DNA of 64,000 bases from an uncultured Candidatus Rokubacteria bacterium (GTDB taxonomy: Bacteria; Methylomirabilota; Methylomirabilia; Rokubacteriales; CSP1-6). The position numbers were made by a program, and so were the translations under genes. The notes below the pieces were generated by a model. The model was not told the DNA's origin and searched no databases. It saw nothing but the letters and a program-made list of their open reading frames with translations. Below are positions 52,053 to 62,126 of this stretch, in pieces (the stretch's first letter is position 1; each line of letters opens with the position of its first letter). Location of the stretch: positions 416,001 to 480,000 of the forward strand of contig CAVWFS010000018.1 of NCBI GenBank assembly GCA_963754315.1, given 5' to 3'.

Positions 52053-52724
52053 ATGACCGCCACCGCGTCGGTTCAGGATTATCTGGCCGCCATCTACGAT
52101 CTGGGGGGGAGCGGCAAGCCCGTGATCGCTGCGCGGCTGGCCAAGCATATGGCCATCTCTGCGCCGGCAGTGACCGAGTCGGTCCAGCGACTCTCGCGGG
52201 GCGGGTACGTCCGCGTGGGGCGCGGCAAGGAGTTGCTCCTCACCGTGAAGGGGCGCGAGGTGGCCGAAGTCATGGCTCGTCGGCATCGACTCCTGGAGCG
52301 CTGGTTGACGGACATTCTCGGTCTCAACTGGACAGACGCCCACGAAGAGGCCCATCGTCTCGAGCATGCGCTCTCGCCACGGGTAGAGGATCGCCTGGCG
52401 ACCCTCCTCGGCATGCCGAGCACCTGTCCCCATGGCAACCCCATTCCGGGTATGGCCGCCTCGCCCCATGTCGAGGTCTTCCCGCTGAGCCAGGCCCGGG
52501 AAGGAAGCACAGTGGTCGTCGAGCGAATTACCGAGGAGGCCGAGGCCGACAAGAATCTCCTCGAGTACCTCTGGCGGAACGAGGTTCGACCAGGACGGCG
52601 CCTACAAATCACCGAGGTGGCACCCTGGGCGGGTACCATCACCGCGTCCGGTGATGGTAGAACGGTGGCGCTCGGCTTCCCCGCCGCCGCCAAGATCTGG
52701 GTCTACCTCGAGGCTTCCGCCTAG
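52053..52724 (+). CDS. DtxR/IdeR/MntR-family metal-dependent repressor with a FeoA-like C-terminal domain
   Basis: QDYLAAIY, wHTH, RRHRLLERWL, HEEAHRLEH, CPHGNPIP. Confidence 0.93.
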   Translation: MTATASVQDYLAAIYDLGGSGKPVIAARLAKHMAISAPAVTESVQRLSRGGYVRVGRGKELLLTVKGREVAEVMARRHRLLERWLTDILGLNWTDAHEEAHRLEHALSPRVEDRLATLLGMPSTCPHGNPIPGMAASPHVEVFPLSQAREGSTVVVERITEEAEADKNLLEYLWRNEVRPGRRLQITEVAPWAGTITASGDGRTVALGFPAAAKIWVYLEASA

Positions 52725-53644
52725 CGGCGCGCCTTCGCTTGGTCGAGCAACTTCACGACCCGGTCGCGATCCTCGCCCGGGGGCACGACCGCCACGAACT
52801 TCTCCCACGACGTGATCGCCCCCTGAGCATCCTTCTTGGACTCGATGAGAATCTGCCCTCGGTAGAGTAGAGCCGGTGGGTAGTTCGGATTGATGGCGAG
52901 GGCGCGGTCGAGCGTCTCCAGGGCCTGGTCGACGTGACCGCCGAGGGCCACGATCAACCCGAGGTGCGTCATCGCATCGACGTTCTTCGGGTCCCGCTTG
53001 AGTACGGCCTGGTAGGCCGCGATGGCCTCCCCATATCGCCCTTCGAACAAGCTCGCGCGTGCTGCCTGCAGCATGCCCTGCAACATTTCGGGGCTGAGCG
53101 CGCGTGGGGCGGCCCCACCGCCCCCTGGCGCGGGGGACTCGCCACCCCCGGCTGACAATGGCGGGGCCAAGGGCCGTGAACCTACAGCCGCGGCATTCGC
53201 GCTCGGATCAGGGGCGGTGTGCCGCACGACGCCGGCCCCGAGAGCGATGCCGAAAACGAGGAGGCCCAGCGCGCCCGCGGCGATGGCCGCCGGGTGACGC
53301 CAACCTCGGGACGGGCTCACCTTCGCGTCCAGGGATTCAGACACCCCCACGGGAGTGGGGGCCGGACCGAGACGATCCAGTTCGGTCAGGGTCTCGGATG
53401 CCTCGGCCTCCGCCCGAGCCCGGAGATCACGGTAGTCGTCGTCAGAGATGTGACCCGACTCGAACTCGAAATCCAGCTCACGCAGACCCCGGAGCAGCTG
53501 CCGCTTGCGCTCGAGCAGTTGCTCGCGTGCGTCTGGCGGGAGGGGAAGCAGCGCTCTCGCTCTGCTCCGGGAGAGCAGGGGCCAGAGGGCAAAGGCAAAG
53601 GCGGGAAGGCCGATGAGCAGAGTGGCCACCACCGTCGCCCTCAC
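52721..53644 (-). CDS. Cytochrome c biogenesis TPR protein (CcmI/CycH-like)
   Basis: N-terminal TM, LRELDFEFESGHISDDDY, second TM, C-terminal TPR repeats. GTG start overlaps the ccmH stop. Confidence 0.8.
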   Translation of the reverse strand: MRATVVATLLIGLPAFAFALWPLLSRSRARALLPLPPDAREQLLERKRQLLRGLRELDFEFESGHISDDDYRDLRARAEAEASETLTELDRLGPAPTPVGVSESLDAKVSPSRGWRHPAAIAAGALGLLVFGIALGAGVVRHTAPDPSANAAAVGSRPLAPPLSAGGGESPAPGGGGAAPRALSPEMLQGMLQAARASLFEGRYGEAIAAYQAVLKRDPKNVDAMTHLGLIVALGGHVDQALETLDRALAINPNYPPALLYRGQILIESKKDAQGAITSWEKFVAVVPPGEDRDRVVKLLDQAKARR

Positions 53645-54117
53645 GGCTCGGTCTCCAGCTCGCGCCGGATGCGCTCGCTCATCGACGCCTCGATCGTCGA
53701 CGGCGTCGCTGGTGCGCGAGTTGAGCGCGGGCGAGTCCACCTCCGGAGACGGACGGCTACCAAGGTGAGCCCGACGAACAGCGCCACGAAGGGCACGACC
53801 CAGACGAGCAAGGTGAAACCGCGTGGACGCGGAGACAGCAGGATCCACTCCCCGTATTTGTCGACGAAGTACTCGATGACCTGGGGCGGTCTGTCTCCCA
53901 TGGCTAGCCGCTCTCGGATGATGGCCCGCATTTGATTGGCCATCTCGGAGGGCGAATCGGCCACGGAGAGGTTCTGGCACACCACACAGCGCAGCTGCGC
54001 GGCAACCTCGTACACCTCGCGCTCGTTGACGTGCACGGCCGGTTGCTGCGCGTGACCGAGCGTCGGGCCGAGAACTCCCATCAAGCCGATCAGCATCAGG
54101 GTGCTCAGGGTTCCCAC
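53641..54117 (-). CDS. ccmH: Cytochrome c biogenesis protein CcmH
   Basis: LRCVVCQNLSVADS, YGEWILLSP. Confidence 0.93.
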   Translation of the reverse strand: MGTLSTLMLIGLMGVLGPTLGHAQQPAVHVNEREVYEVAAQLRCVVCQNLSVADSPSEMANQMRAIIRERLAMGDRPPQVIEYFVDKYGEWILLSPRPRGFTLLVWVVPFVALFVGLTLVAVRLRRWTRPRSTRAPATPSTIEASMSERIRRELETEP

Positions 54118-54118
54118 G

Positions 54119-54649
54119 TCAGGCCGGCTCTGCCAGCAGGCGGTCGAGCTGCTCGCGCAGCACGCGGTCGGTCACGGCCCCGACATGCTTGGCACGGATG
54201 CGCCCGGCTCGATCGACGAAGAACGTTTCGGGTACACCATACACTCCGAAGTCGACCGAGACCTTGCCAGCTGGATCTGGCGCGTTGGGGAAGGTGAGTC
54301 CGAGGTCACGGATGAACTTCTCGGCCGCCTCCGCCTTGTCCTGGATGTCCACACCGAGCACGATCACGCCGCGGTCACGGTACTCACGCCATCCTCGCTC
54401 GAGGACGGGGGCTTCTTCGTAACAGGCCGGGTAGCACCAAGAGGCCCAGAAGTTCACCACGACGACCTGGCCGCGCAGCGACTCCAGGCTCACGGGGCGG
54501 CCGTCGAAAGTCTGCAGCGCGAAGGGCGCAGCCGGCCTGCCGACGAGCGGCGACGGGATGTCGCGCGGGCTCAGCCGAAAGCCGTAGGCGAGCAGGGCGA
54601 GCACGGGGATGGCGGACAGCGGGAGCAACCATCGCCACCCGCGCTTCAC
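54119..54649 (-). CDS. ccmG: Thiol:disulfide oxidoreductase CcmG/DsbE (CxxxC variant)
   Basis: PSPLVGRPAAPF, VNFWASWCYPAC, GVYGVPETF, and its position in the operon. Confidence 0.85.
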   Translation of the reverse strand: MKRGWRWLLPLSAIPVLALLAYGFRLSPRDIPSPLVGRPAAPFALQTFDGRPVSLESLRGQVVVVNFWASWCYPACYEEAPVLERGWREYRDRGVIVLGVDIQDKAEAAEKFIRDLGLTFPNAPDPAGKVSVDFGVYGVPETFFVDRAGRIRAKHVGAVTDRVLREQLDRLLAEPA

Positions 54650-56592
54650 CCTGCCCTCCGGCGTTCGGGCAGGATGGCGAGGATGGTTCCCAAGGTGAGG
54701 ATCAGGCCGCCGACCCAGATCCAGCTCACCAGGCGGTTGATCTGGAGCTTGATGGTGGCATGCGACCCGTCCCGGGCAAAATCGCCGAGGACAAGGTACA
54801 CATCCTCCATCAACCCCAGCCGATAGTCGACACCTGCGATGGGCGTCTGCTCCTGGGGATAGAACTTCTTGGACGGATGCAGGACGGCCAAGGTCGGCCG
54901 GTGGTTGGACACGGTGAACGTCCCGACTACTCGGAAGTGGTTCGATTCCTCACGGGCAGCGAGGCCGTCGAAGCGAACCTTGTAGCCCGCCAACTCGGTC
55001 GCCTCGCCGCGCTTCAGGGTGGTCTCGTTCTGCACCGACCACGCGTGTGAGCCCATCACGCCGAGGGCCACGGTGAGGATGCCGATGTGAACGACGAAGC
55101 CCCCATAGCGACGATTGTGTCGTATCAGCAACCCTCCCATGGCTGACCCCAACCGCTCTCCCATGCGAAGGCGCGCCCGGGTGGCGCGGGTGAAGTCCAC
55201 GACGAGCGTGGCCGCGGTGAACACCGTCAGGCCGAAGGTGAGCACGGTGAGCGCCGATGCGGTGCCCGCCATCCGGAAGATCGCGGCGGCGGCGACTCCG
55301 ATCACCACCGGGGCCAGGAAATTCCGCTTCAGGTTCTCGAGAGAGGCGCGTCGCCAGGCGATGAGAGGACCGATCCCCATCAGGAAGATCAGGGCCAGGA
55401 ACAAGGGGAGATTCACCAGATTGAAGAACGGCGCGCCCACGCTGACCTTTTCCCCGCGTACGGCTTCGGCCAAGAGCGGAAAGACCGTGCCGAAGAAGAC
55501 GGTGAAGGCCGACGCCACCAGGAACACGTTATTCAGGAGGAAGGCCGACTCGCGTGAGACCACGGAATCGAGCTCGCCCTGGGCGCGCAGTGCATCCCAG
55601 CGCCAGGCGATGAGCGCGAGTGAGGCCAGGACCACCAGGGCCAGGAAGGCCAGGAAAAAGACGCCGATCGAACCCTGGGTGAAGGCATGGACGGAGGCGA
55701 TGACGCCGGAGCGCGTGAGAAAGGTGCCGAAGAGAGTCAGGCTGAAGGTGAGCACGACGAGGGAGATATTCCAGAGCTTCAGCATCCGCCTCCGCTCCTG
55801 GATCATGACCGAGTGCAGGAAGGCTGTCCCTGTCAGCCATGGCATGAAGGCCGCGTTCTCCACGGGATCCCACGCCCAGTAGCCCCCCCAGCCAAGCACG
55901 TGGTAGCTCCACCATCCCCCGATGAGGAGGCCGAGCGAGAGGAAGTACCAGGCCACCAGCGTCCACCGCCGCGTGAGGGTGATCCAGGTATCGCCCACCC
56001 GACCCGTGGCGAGGGCGGCCACTGCGAAGGCGAAGGGCACGGTGAAGCCGGTGAAGCCGAGGTAGAGACACACCGGGTGCGTGATCATGCCGGTGTCCTC
56101 CAGGAGCGGGTTGAGTCCTCGCCCGTCGTTGGGAATCGAAGCGATGCGCTGGAAGACCGGGGCCGGCCCCGTCATCACCAGGAGGAAAAAGGCCAGGACG
56201 CCGAGCATGACGGCGAGTACCCACGGATACAGTTCCCGGGCGTTCTGACGGTGGCGTACCACCACGATGAGCGTGTAAAGGGCGAGCATCCAGCCCCACA
56301 GGACAATCGACCCCTCGAGGGCTCCCCAGACCGCGGTGATCCGGTAGTAGAAGGGGGTACCGAGGTTCGTGTTCATGGCCACGTAGCGGATGGAAAAATC
56401 GAACGTAAGGAAGGCGTAGATGAGCATGCCCAGCGCCGCCGTCACCAGCAGGAACACGCCGAGTGCCGCATGCTGTGCGGACAGCACGAGACTCGTGCGG
56501 CCGGTGCGAGCGCCGGCGGCCGCTGCCACGCTGCCGTACAGGGCGAGCAGGAGGGCGACCATGACCGCCCCCGCGCCGATCTCGGGTGTCAC
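54646..56592 (-). CDS. ccmF: Heme lyase CcmF
   Basis: GLNPLL, WGGYWAWDPVENA (WWD), TRSGVIASVHAF. Confidence 0.96.
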   Translation of the reverse strand: MTPEIGAGAVMVALLLALYGSVAAAAGARTGRTSLVLSAQHAALGVFLLVTAALGMLIYAFLTFDFSIRYVAMNTNLGTPFYYRITAVWGALEGSIVLWGWMLALYTLIVVVRHRQNARELYPWVLAVMLGVLAFFLLVMTGPAPVFQRIASIPNDGRGLNPLLEDTGMITHPVCLYLGFTGFTVPFAFAVAALATGRVGDTWITLTRRWTLVAWYFLSLGLLIGGWWSYHVLGWGGYWAWDPVENAAFMPWLTGTAFLHSVMIQERRRMLKLWNISLVVLTFSLTLFGTFLTRSGVIASVHAFTQGSIGVFFLAFLALVVLASLALIAWRWDALRAQGELDSVVSRESAFLLNNVFLVASAFTVFFGTVFPLLAEAVRGEKVSVGAPFFNLVNLPLFLALIFLMGIGPLIAWRRASLENLKRNFLAPVVIGVAAAAIFRMAGTASALTVLTFGLTVFTAATLVVDFTRATRARLRMGERLGSAMGGLLIRHNRRYGGFVVHIGILTVALGVMGSHAWSVQNETTLKRGEATELAGYKVRFDGLAAREESNHFRVVGTFTVSNHRPTLAVLHPSKKFYPQEQTPIAGVDYRLGLMEDVYLVLGDFARDGSHATIKLQINRLVSWIWVGGLILTLGTILAILPERRRAG

Positions 56593-57029
56593 GGTTGGGT
56601 TCCTTTGAGCGTCTTCATGAGCTCCTTGTAGCCAGGCTGGGAGGCGTTGTGGGGCGCCTTGTACTCCTCCGAGTGCTTGGCGAGAATCAGCGTGGCCCCA
56701 AAATGGCCATCCTGCTGCCAGCGTCCTTCCACCACCGCCCCCCGCCCTTCCCCGAAGAGGTCGGGAGGCGTACCGCGGTGGCGAACGGGAATGACGGCTT
56801 GGCCGTCGGACAGCGTGAATCTGAGATTGAGAGTCTGAGGCTCCCACACGAGGCTTCCAGGGACGACCATACCTCCCAGACGATACGATTTGCCGGCGAC
56901 TGGTGCTGCGCGCAGCTCGGTCGGTGTGACGAAGTAGACCGCCGACTGGGTAACTCCGGCGTAGATGAGATACGCCAGGGCCAGCGCAATCACGGCTCCC
57001 CCCGTTACGAACTTCAGACGGCGGCTCAT
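56589..57029 (-). CDS. ccmE: Heme chaperone CcmE
   Basis: RLGGMVVPGS, PDLFGEG, LAKHSEEY (HxxxY). Confidence 0.95.
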   Translation of the reverse strand: MSRRLKFVTGGAVIALALAYLIYAGVTQSAVYFVTPTELRAAPVAGKSYRLGGMVVPGSLVWEPQTLNLRFTLSDGQAVIPVRHRGTPPDLFGEGRGAVVEGRWQQDGHFGATLILAKHSEEYKAPHNASQPGYKELMKTLKGTQP

Positions 57030-57202
57030 GGGGCGGGCGCGTGCGAGCCGCGCTTCGGATCGCTCATCGCCGGTCGGGGACGGCGGCGGAGGTAACGAGT
57101 GTCGAGCTGTCGCGCGCGGCGGGTCAGGTAGCGCCAGTAGGCACCCAGAAAGACCGCCGCCACGGCATAGGCGGCGACAACATAACCCCAGTTGTCTGGC
57201 AT
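57026..57202 (-). CDS. ccmD: Heme exporter protein CcmD
   Basis: Small TM protein MPDNWGYVVAAYAV with a basic tail, between ccmC and ccmE with overlapping start/stop codons. Confidence 0.75.
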   Translation of the reverse strand: MPDNWGYVVAAYAVAAVFLGAYWRYLTRRARQLDTRYLRRRPRPAMSDPKRGSHAPAP

Positions 57203-57858
57203 CAGGCAAGCGCCTCCACCTCGCGACGCAGCAGCCGCACGCGGGTGGCCACGAGGTACGCGTAGAGGAGTACAAAGGCGGCGAGGTTGATATACAGGGC
57301 GTACTTGATCGCATCGCCCGAGATCATCGACGGACCCGGCTTGAGGAGCGACGGAGGCTGGTGCAACGTGCGCCACCAGTACACCGAAAAGTGGACCAGG
57401 GGGACGTTGAGGGGGGCGAGAATGCCCAGGACGGCCGCGAAACGGGCGGCGCGCTCGCCATCCTCGATCATCCCCCGCATGAGCAAGTAGCCAAGGCCCA
57501 TCACGAACAGGATCGTCACGGTAGTCAGCCGCGCGTCCCAGGTCCACCACGTACCCCAGGTGGGCTTGCCCCAGATGGAGCCAGAGACGATCGTGATGGC
57601 CAACAAGACAACGGCGACCTCGGCCGAGGCGCGCGCGAGCCGGTCGGCAAACTCGGACCGCGTCAGGAGATAGGCAATGGAGGCGAAGAACAAGACTCCG
57701 AAGCCGATATACTCTCCGACAATTGCACTCGGCACATGCAGGTACATGATTCGCTGAACGTTGCCCTGGGTGACCTCTCGCGGAGCCACCCCAAAGCCCC
57801 AGACCAGGCCAGCCACGAGCCCCAGCGCGGTCATCCAGCCCAATGCGCGCATGGTCAT
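57202..57858 (-). CDS. ccmC: Heme exporter/chaperone-loading protein CcmC
   Basis: RIMYLHVP, WGKPTWGTWWTWDARLT, WWRTLHQ. Confidence 0.95.
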   Translation of the reverse strand: MTMRALGWMTALGLVAGLVWGFGVAPREVTQGNVQRIMYLHVPSAIVGEYIGFGVLFFASIAYLLTRSEFADRLARASAEVAVVLLAITIVSGSIWGKPTWGTWWTWDARLTTVTILFVMGLGYLLMRGMIEDGERAARFAAVLGILAPLNVPLVHFSVYWWRTLHQPPSLLKPGPSMISGDAIKYALYINLAAFVLLYAYLVATRVRLLRREVEALA

Positions 57859-57863
57859 TCGTC

Positions 57864-58541
57864 TCAACCTTCGAGGATGAACTCGAACGTGAGAAATCCT
57901 GCGACCAGGAAGATGACGTCCGCTGCCCCCAGAAGCCCCAGCCAGTGGCTGACCGAGGCCAGCCCATCCCTGGAGAGAACGGCCTCGGTGGCCCTCACGG
58001 TTCCCAGCAGCAGCGGCACCTGCAGGGGCAGCACGAGGACGGGAAAGAGCAGCTCCCGGGCCCGGACGTGCGCGGTCATCCCTGCGAAAAGAGTTCCCAG
58101 GGCAGCCAGCCCAACCGTGCCCAGCCCGATGACGGCCAGGAGGGCGGGGAGCACGTCGGCAAGGTCGACGTTGAAGAACACCACGAAGAGTAACAAGACC
58201 AAGGCTTCGACCGCGAACATCAGCAAGAGATTGCCGGCCAGCTTGCCCAGATAGATCGCCGACTTGTCTCCCGGAGCGAGCAGGAGACCTTCCCAGCAGT
58301 CGTTCTCGCGCTCGATCAGAAAACTTCGCCCGAGTGCGAGCAGACCGGCGAGGACGAAGCCGAGCCAGAGTAACCCGGGCAGCGCGGCGGCCAGGTGGTC
58401 ACGATCTCCTCCGAGGGCGAACTGGAACAGAAAGAGGAGCAACAGCGAGAAGAAGACGAGCGCGTTGAGCGTTTCCTTGGAGCGGCATTCGATCAGCACG
58501 TCCTTCCACAGGACGACGAAGGCGCGGCGGCCGAAGCTCAT
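57864..58541 (-). CDS. ccmB: ABC permease CcmB
   Basis: Own ATG (MSFGRR), KDVLIE, ERENDCWEGLL, ELLFPVLVLPL. Confidence 0.9.
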   Translation of the reverse strand: MSFGRRAFVVLWKDVLIECRSKETLNALVFFSLLLLFLFQFALGGDRDHLAAALPGLLWLGFVLAGLLALGRSFLIERENDCWEGLLLAPGDKSAIYLGKLAGNLLLMFAVEALVLLLFVVFFNVDLADVLPALLAVIGLGTVGLAALGTLFAGMTAHVRARELLFPVLVLPLQVPLLLGTVRATEAVLSRDGLASVSHWLGLLGAADVIFLVAGFLTFEFILEG

Positions 58542-59262
58542 ACCTGACCCTCGACGTGCAAGGCATACAACCGCTGGAGATCGTCGACGGTAAGACCTTC
58601 GCGAAGCACGGTCAGCTGCCACCCGGCCTTCGGCCAGGATCGCTACGCGGTCGACCACGTCGAGCTCGCGGCCGAAACTGTGCGTGCTCATGACAATGGC
58701 CGCGCCCCGAGCCTTGCGCGCGAGGAGATGCTCCTGCAACCATTTCGCCGCTCGCTGATCGAGGCTGGCGAACGGCTCGTCGAGGAGAAGGACGCGGGGC
58801 GACGCCAGCGCGAGCCGCGCCAGGGAGAGCCGGCGCTGCATTCCCGCCGAGAGTGTCCGGACCTTCTCATCGGCCACCGTCTCCAGCTCGACCGCGGCCA
58901 GTGCGCTCAGAATCGCCTCCCGCCCCACCCGTTTGCCCGTCAGCTCGGTCCAGAAGCGGAGATTCTCGGCCGCCGTTAGGTCCTCGTACAGATGGGAGCC
59001 GTGGGCCACATAGCCGATCTCGCGGCGCACGCGCTCAGCCTCCTGCACGCAGTCATGGCCGGCCACGGTGACCGTTCCGGCAGAAGGACGGGCGAGCGTC
59101 GCGATGATCCTCAGGAGGGTCGTCTTGCCAGCCCCGTTGGCCCCGAGCAGGGCGAGCGACTCTCCCGGCTGAACCTCGAGACCGACGCCGTCCAGCACGA
59201 AGTGAACGCCGTACCGCTTTCGGAGGTCGGCGACGCGGATGAGGGGAACCAAGCGCCGTCAT
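58538..59262 (-). CDS. ccmA: ABC ATPase CcmA, +1 frameshift near 58610 (possibly another near 59250)
   Basis: GANGAGKTTL, LSAGMQRRLSLARL, LLDEPF. The shifted frame ends REGLTVDDLQRLYALHVEGQV*, overlapping the ccmB ATG. Confidence 0.85.
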
Positions 59263-59317
59263 TGTCCCCTAGGGGGCAGGGCTGGTCAAGAAACCCGCAG
59301 GGTTGCCCGTGGGAATT

Positions 59318-59343
59318 GGGCCCTATTTCGGGCCCCCATCTAA
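59318..59343. repeat. Degenerate copy (D) of hairpin 2 of the REP-like element
   Basis: GGGCCC-TATTTC-GGGCCCCCATCTAA immediately 3' of htpX. Confidence 0.5.
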
Positions 59344-59349
59344 CTCAAT

Positions 59350-60198
59350 TCAAATCCGCATGGTCTGAAGACGAGCGATGCGCTCCTCCAGCGGTGGGTG
59401 CGTGGAGAACAGCTTCATCAAGGCCTGACCACTGAGCGGGTTCACGATGAACAGGTGGGCGGTCGCCGGTGAGGCGCCCATTGGGGCCACTTGGTTCGCC
59501 ATCTGTAACTTTCGAAGCGCGTTGATCAGCCCTGGGGTTCGCCCGGCGAAGCGGGCTCCGGAGGCGTCGGCCTGATACTCACGGGCGCGGGAGACAGCCA
59601 TCTGCACGAGCATGGCGGCGATCGGCGCCAGGAAGGCCAGCAGCAGGGCCGTGATGGGGTTGGTTCCACCCTCCTCATGGTCCCCACGTCGGCCGCCGAA
59701 CATCGCGGCCCACTGGGCCATGTGCGCGAGGTAGGTGATGGCACCAGCCAGGGTAGCGGCGATGCTCGAGATGAGGATATCCCGGTTGGCCACGTGGGCC
59801 AGCTCGTGAGCGAGCACCCCCTCCAGCTCGTCCTCGTCGAGGATGCGCATGATCCCTTCTGTCACCGCCACCACCGCATGCTGCGGATTGCGGCCGGTGG
59901 CGAAGGCGTTGGGCGTATCATTCGGAACCAGGTAGACGCGCGGCATCGGAATGCCGGCCCGGGTTGCCAGGCGCCTCACGATCCCGTACAGGCGAGGCGC
60001 TTGGCTCTCTTCGATTGGCTTGGCACGGTAGGCGGCCAGCACGATCTTGTCGGAGAACCAGTAGCTCGCAAAGTTCATGACGACGGCGAGCCCGAAGGCC
60101 ATGACCATTCCCTGCTGACCACCGATGGCGCCTCCGATGAGCACCAGCAGGACGGTGAGCACGGCGAGCAGAAGCCCCGTCTTGAAAACGTTCGACAT
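59350..60198 (-). CDS. htpX: Zinc metalloprotease HtpX
   Basis: [30 protein letters not shown]. Confidence 0.95.
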   Translation of the reverse strand: MSNVFKTGLLLAVLTVLLVLIGGAIGGQQGMVMAFGLAVVMNFASYWFSDKIVLAAYRAKPIEESQAPRLYGIVRRLATRAGIPMPRVYLVPNDTPNAFATGRNPQHAVVAVTEGIMRILDEDELEGVLAHELAHVANRDILISSIAATLAGAITYLAHMAQWAAMFGGRRGDHEEGGTNPITALLLAFLAPIAAMLVQMAVSRAREYQADASGARFAGRTPGLINALRKLQMANQVAPMGASPATAHLFIVNPLSGQALMKLFSTHPPLEERIARLQTMRI

Positions 60199-60280
60199 AC
60201 CCCGAGTCTCCTCGAGCGCGAAGCAGTTTCAGCGAGGGTATCAGAGGACCCCTGGGGGGTCAAATCGAAGGGTAATTGCC

Positions 60281-60309
60281 TTGACTTGGGCGCGCACGGT
60301 CGATATACT
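60281..60309 (+). promoter_or_regulatory. Sigma70 promoter of the yceD-rpmF-plsX-fab operon
   Basis: TTGACT-17 nt-TATACT. Confidence 0.75.
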
Positions 60310-60362
60310 GGCCCGGTTTCATAGAAAGATCTTTTCTGACGGACACTTACCAGGAACGAGCG

Positions 60363-60887
60363 GTGATCATCCGGGTTTCGGATCTCCCAGGGGAAGGCCT
60401 GACCATCGACGACCGGGCCAGGCTAAGCTTGGCCTACCAGGACCGTTCTTGGCACCTGGAAGGTGTGCGCCTGCACGTCGCCCGCAACGGGATGGAGGTA
60501 GTGGTGACGGGCGACGTCGACGCCACCGTTCCCCAAACATGTGGACGCTGTCTCGAAGCGTTTCCGGTCGTGGTGCACGCGGCGATCGATCTGCGCGTCA
60601 TGCCTCGACCGGCCAGCGCGGACAGCCACGAGCTGTCGCCTGACGATTTCGAGACAGACTTCTACGCCGACGACCAGCTCGACCTCGCTGCCATGGTGGA
60701 GACGGAGACGACACTCGCCCTTCCCATGAAACCCCTGTGTCGTTCGGATTGCCGGGGACTCTGTCCGGCGTGCGGAGGCAACCGTAACCTCGTCGCCTGT
60801 GCGTGCCCCGAGCACCCGCCGGACCCCCGCCTAGGTGGGCTTCGTGGTCTGGCGGCGCGGCTCGATCACTCGAGATCGGATCACTGA
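60363..60887 (+). CDS. yceD: DUF177/YceD family protein
   Basis: CGRCL, LPMKPLCRSDCRGLCPACG, DPR, upstream of rpmF. Confidence 0.9.
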   Translation: MIIRVSDLPGEGLTIDDRARLSLAYQDRSWHLEGVRLHVARNGMEVVVTGDVDATVPQTCGRCLEAFPVVVHAAIDLRVMPRPASADSHELSPDDFETDFYADDQLDLAAMVETETTLALPMKPLCRSDCRGLCPACGGNRNLVACACPEHPPDPRLGGLRGLAARLDHSRSDH

Positions 60888-60902
60888 AGGGAGAATTGCC
60901 TC

Positions 60903-61085
60903 ATGCCCCTGCCGAAGCGACGACACTCGCGGGCACGTGGACGCAAGCGCCGCACGCACTACAAACTGGCCGCGCCCACAGCCTCGCAGTGCCCGCAGTG
61001 TCGCGAAGTCAAGCTGCCGCACCGGATTTGTCCGCACTGCGGGTACTACCGAGGCCGGGAGATCGTCGCCACCGAAGGCGCCTGA
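60903..61085 (+). CDS. rpmF: 50S ribosomal protein L32 (Zn-ribbon form)
   Basis: MPLPKRRHS...CPQC...HRICPHCGYYRGR. Confidence 0.97.
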   Translation: MPLPKRRHSRARGRKRRTHYKLAAPTASQCPQCREVKLPHRICPHCGYYRGREIVATEGA

Positions 61086-61103
61086 GCGGGCCCCGGCTGC
61101 TGT

Positions 61104-62126
61104 ATGAAGATCGCCGTCGACGCCATGGGAGGTGACCATGGACCCGCGGTGGTCGTCGAGGGGGCGGTCGTCGCTCAACAGGAGTTTGGCGTGTCCGTCA
61201 TCCTGGTCGGAGACCAAGGGGCCATCAAAGGGGGGCTCGACCGACTCGGCGTGCGCGGGCCGGCCGTCGAGATCCGACATGCCTCGCAGGTGGTGGGCAT
61301 GGCCGAGAGCCCGTCGCAAGCTCTGCGTCGTAAGCGTGATTCCTCGCTGCGCGTGGCAGCCGAATTAGTGCGGGATGGTCATGCCTCGGCATTCGTGTCG
61401 GCCGGCAACACGGGCGCGGCCATGGCCATCGCAATGTTCACCATCGGGGTCCTGCGGGGGGTGGACCGACCAGCCATCGCCGCCGTCCTGCCGAACCTGA
61501 AGCGTTACATGGTCCTCCTCGACGTGGGCGCGAACGTCAATCCCAAGCCGTGGCATCTATTCCAGTTCGCGGTGATGGGGCATGTCTATGCGCGGGACAT
61601 CCTCGGTATCGAGCGGCCGCGAGTCGGCTTGCTCTCGGTGGGTGAGGAGGAGGGCAAGGGTAACGACCTGACGCGCGAGGCCTACGACGAGTTGCGGGAG
61701 TCGTCGCTCAACTTTGTAGGCAATGTGGAGGGGCGCGACATCTATAACGGGACCTGCGACGTGGTTGTCACCGACGGGTTCACCGGAAACGTCGCCCTCA
61801 AGATCTCGGAGAGCCTCGCCGACATGCTGGGGGTCATGGTCAAGGAGGAACTGGGCCGCGACCTTCGTTCTCGCATGGGCGCTGCCCTGGCGCTGCCGGC
61901 GTTCCAGCGAGTTCGAAAGCGCGTAGATTACACCGAGATGGGAGGAGCACCCCTGCTGGGCATCGACGGGGCCGCCGTGATCTCGCACGGTTCGTCGCCG
62001 CCCAAAGCCATCAAGAACGCCATACGGGTAGCTGCTGAATGGGCCAAAGCGGGGCTGAACGAGCACATCAAGGCGGCGCTGGACGCCGAGCTCACGCGTA
62101 GCCAACGGGAGGGAGGCCGCGAATGA
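61104..62126 (+). CDS. plsX: Phosphate acyltransferase PlsX
   Basis: IAVDAMGGD, SAGNTGA, DGFTGNVALK, GGAPLLG, SHG. Confidence 0.97.
   Translation: MKIAVDAMGGDHGPAVVVEGAVVAQQEFGVSVILVGDQGAIKGGLDRLGVRGPAVEIRHASQVVGMAESPSQALRRKRDSSLRVAAELVRDGHASAFVSAGNTGAAMAIAMFTIGVLRGVDRPAIAAVLPNLKRYMVLLDVGANVNPKPWHLFQFAVMGHVYARDILGIERPRVGLLSVGEEEGKGNDLTREAYDELRESSLNFVGNVEGRDIYNGTCDVVVTDGFTGNVALKISESLADMLGVMVKEELGRDLRSRMGAALALPAFQRVRKRVDYTEMGGAPLLGIDGAAVISHGSSPPKAIKNAIRVAAEWAKAGLNEHIKAALDAELTRSQREGGRE

Noticed and set aside
57864..59252. CcmA-CcmB fusion protein (462-aa ORF)
   Set aside because: Removing one base near 58610 restores a normal CcmA C-terminus whose TGA overlaps the ccmB ATG, matching the window-wide +1 error pattern
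60247..60262. Small hairpin GACCCC-TGG-GGGGTC upstream of htpX
   Set aside because: A 6-bp GC stem is expected by chance at this GC content and does not match the repeat family
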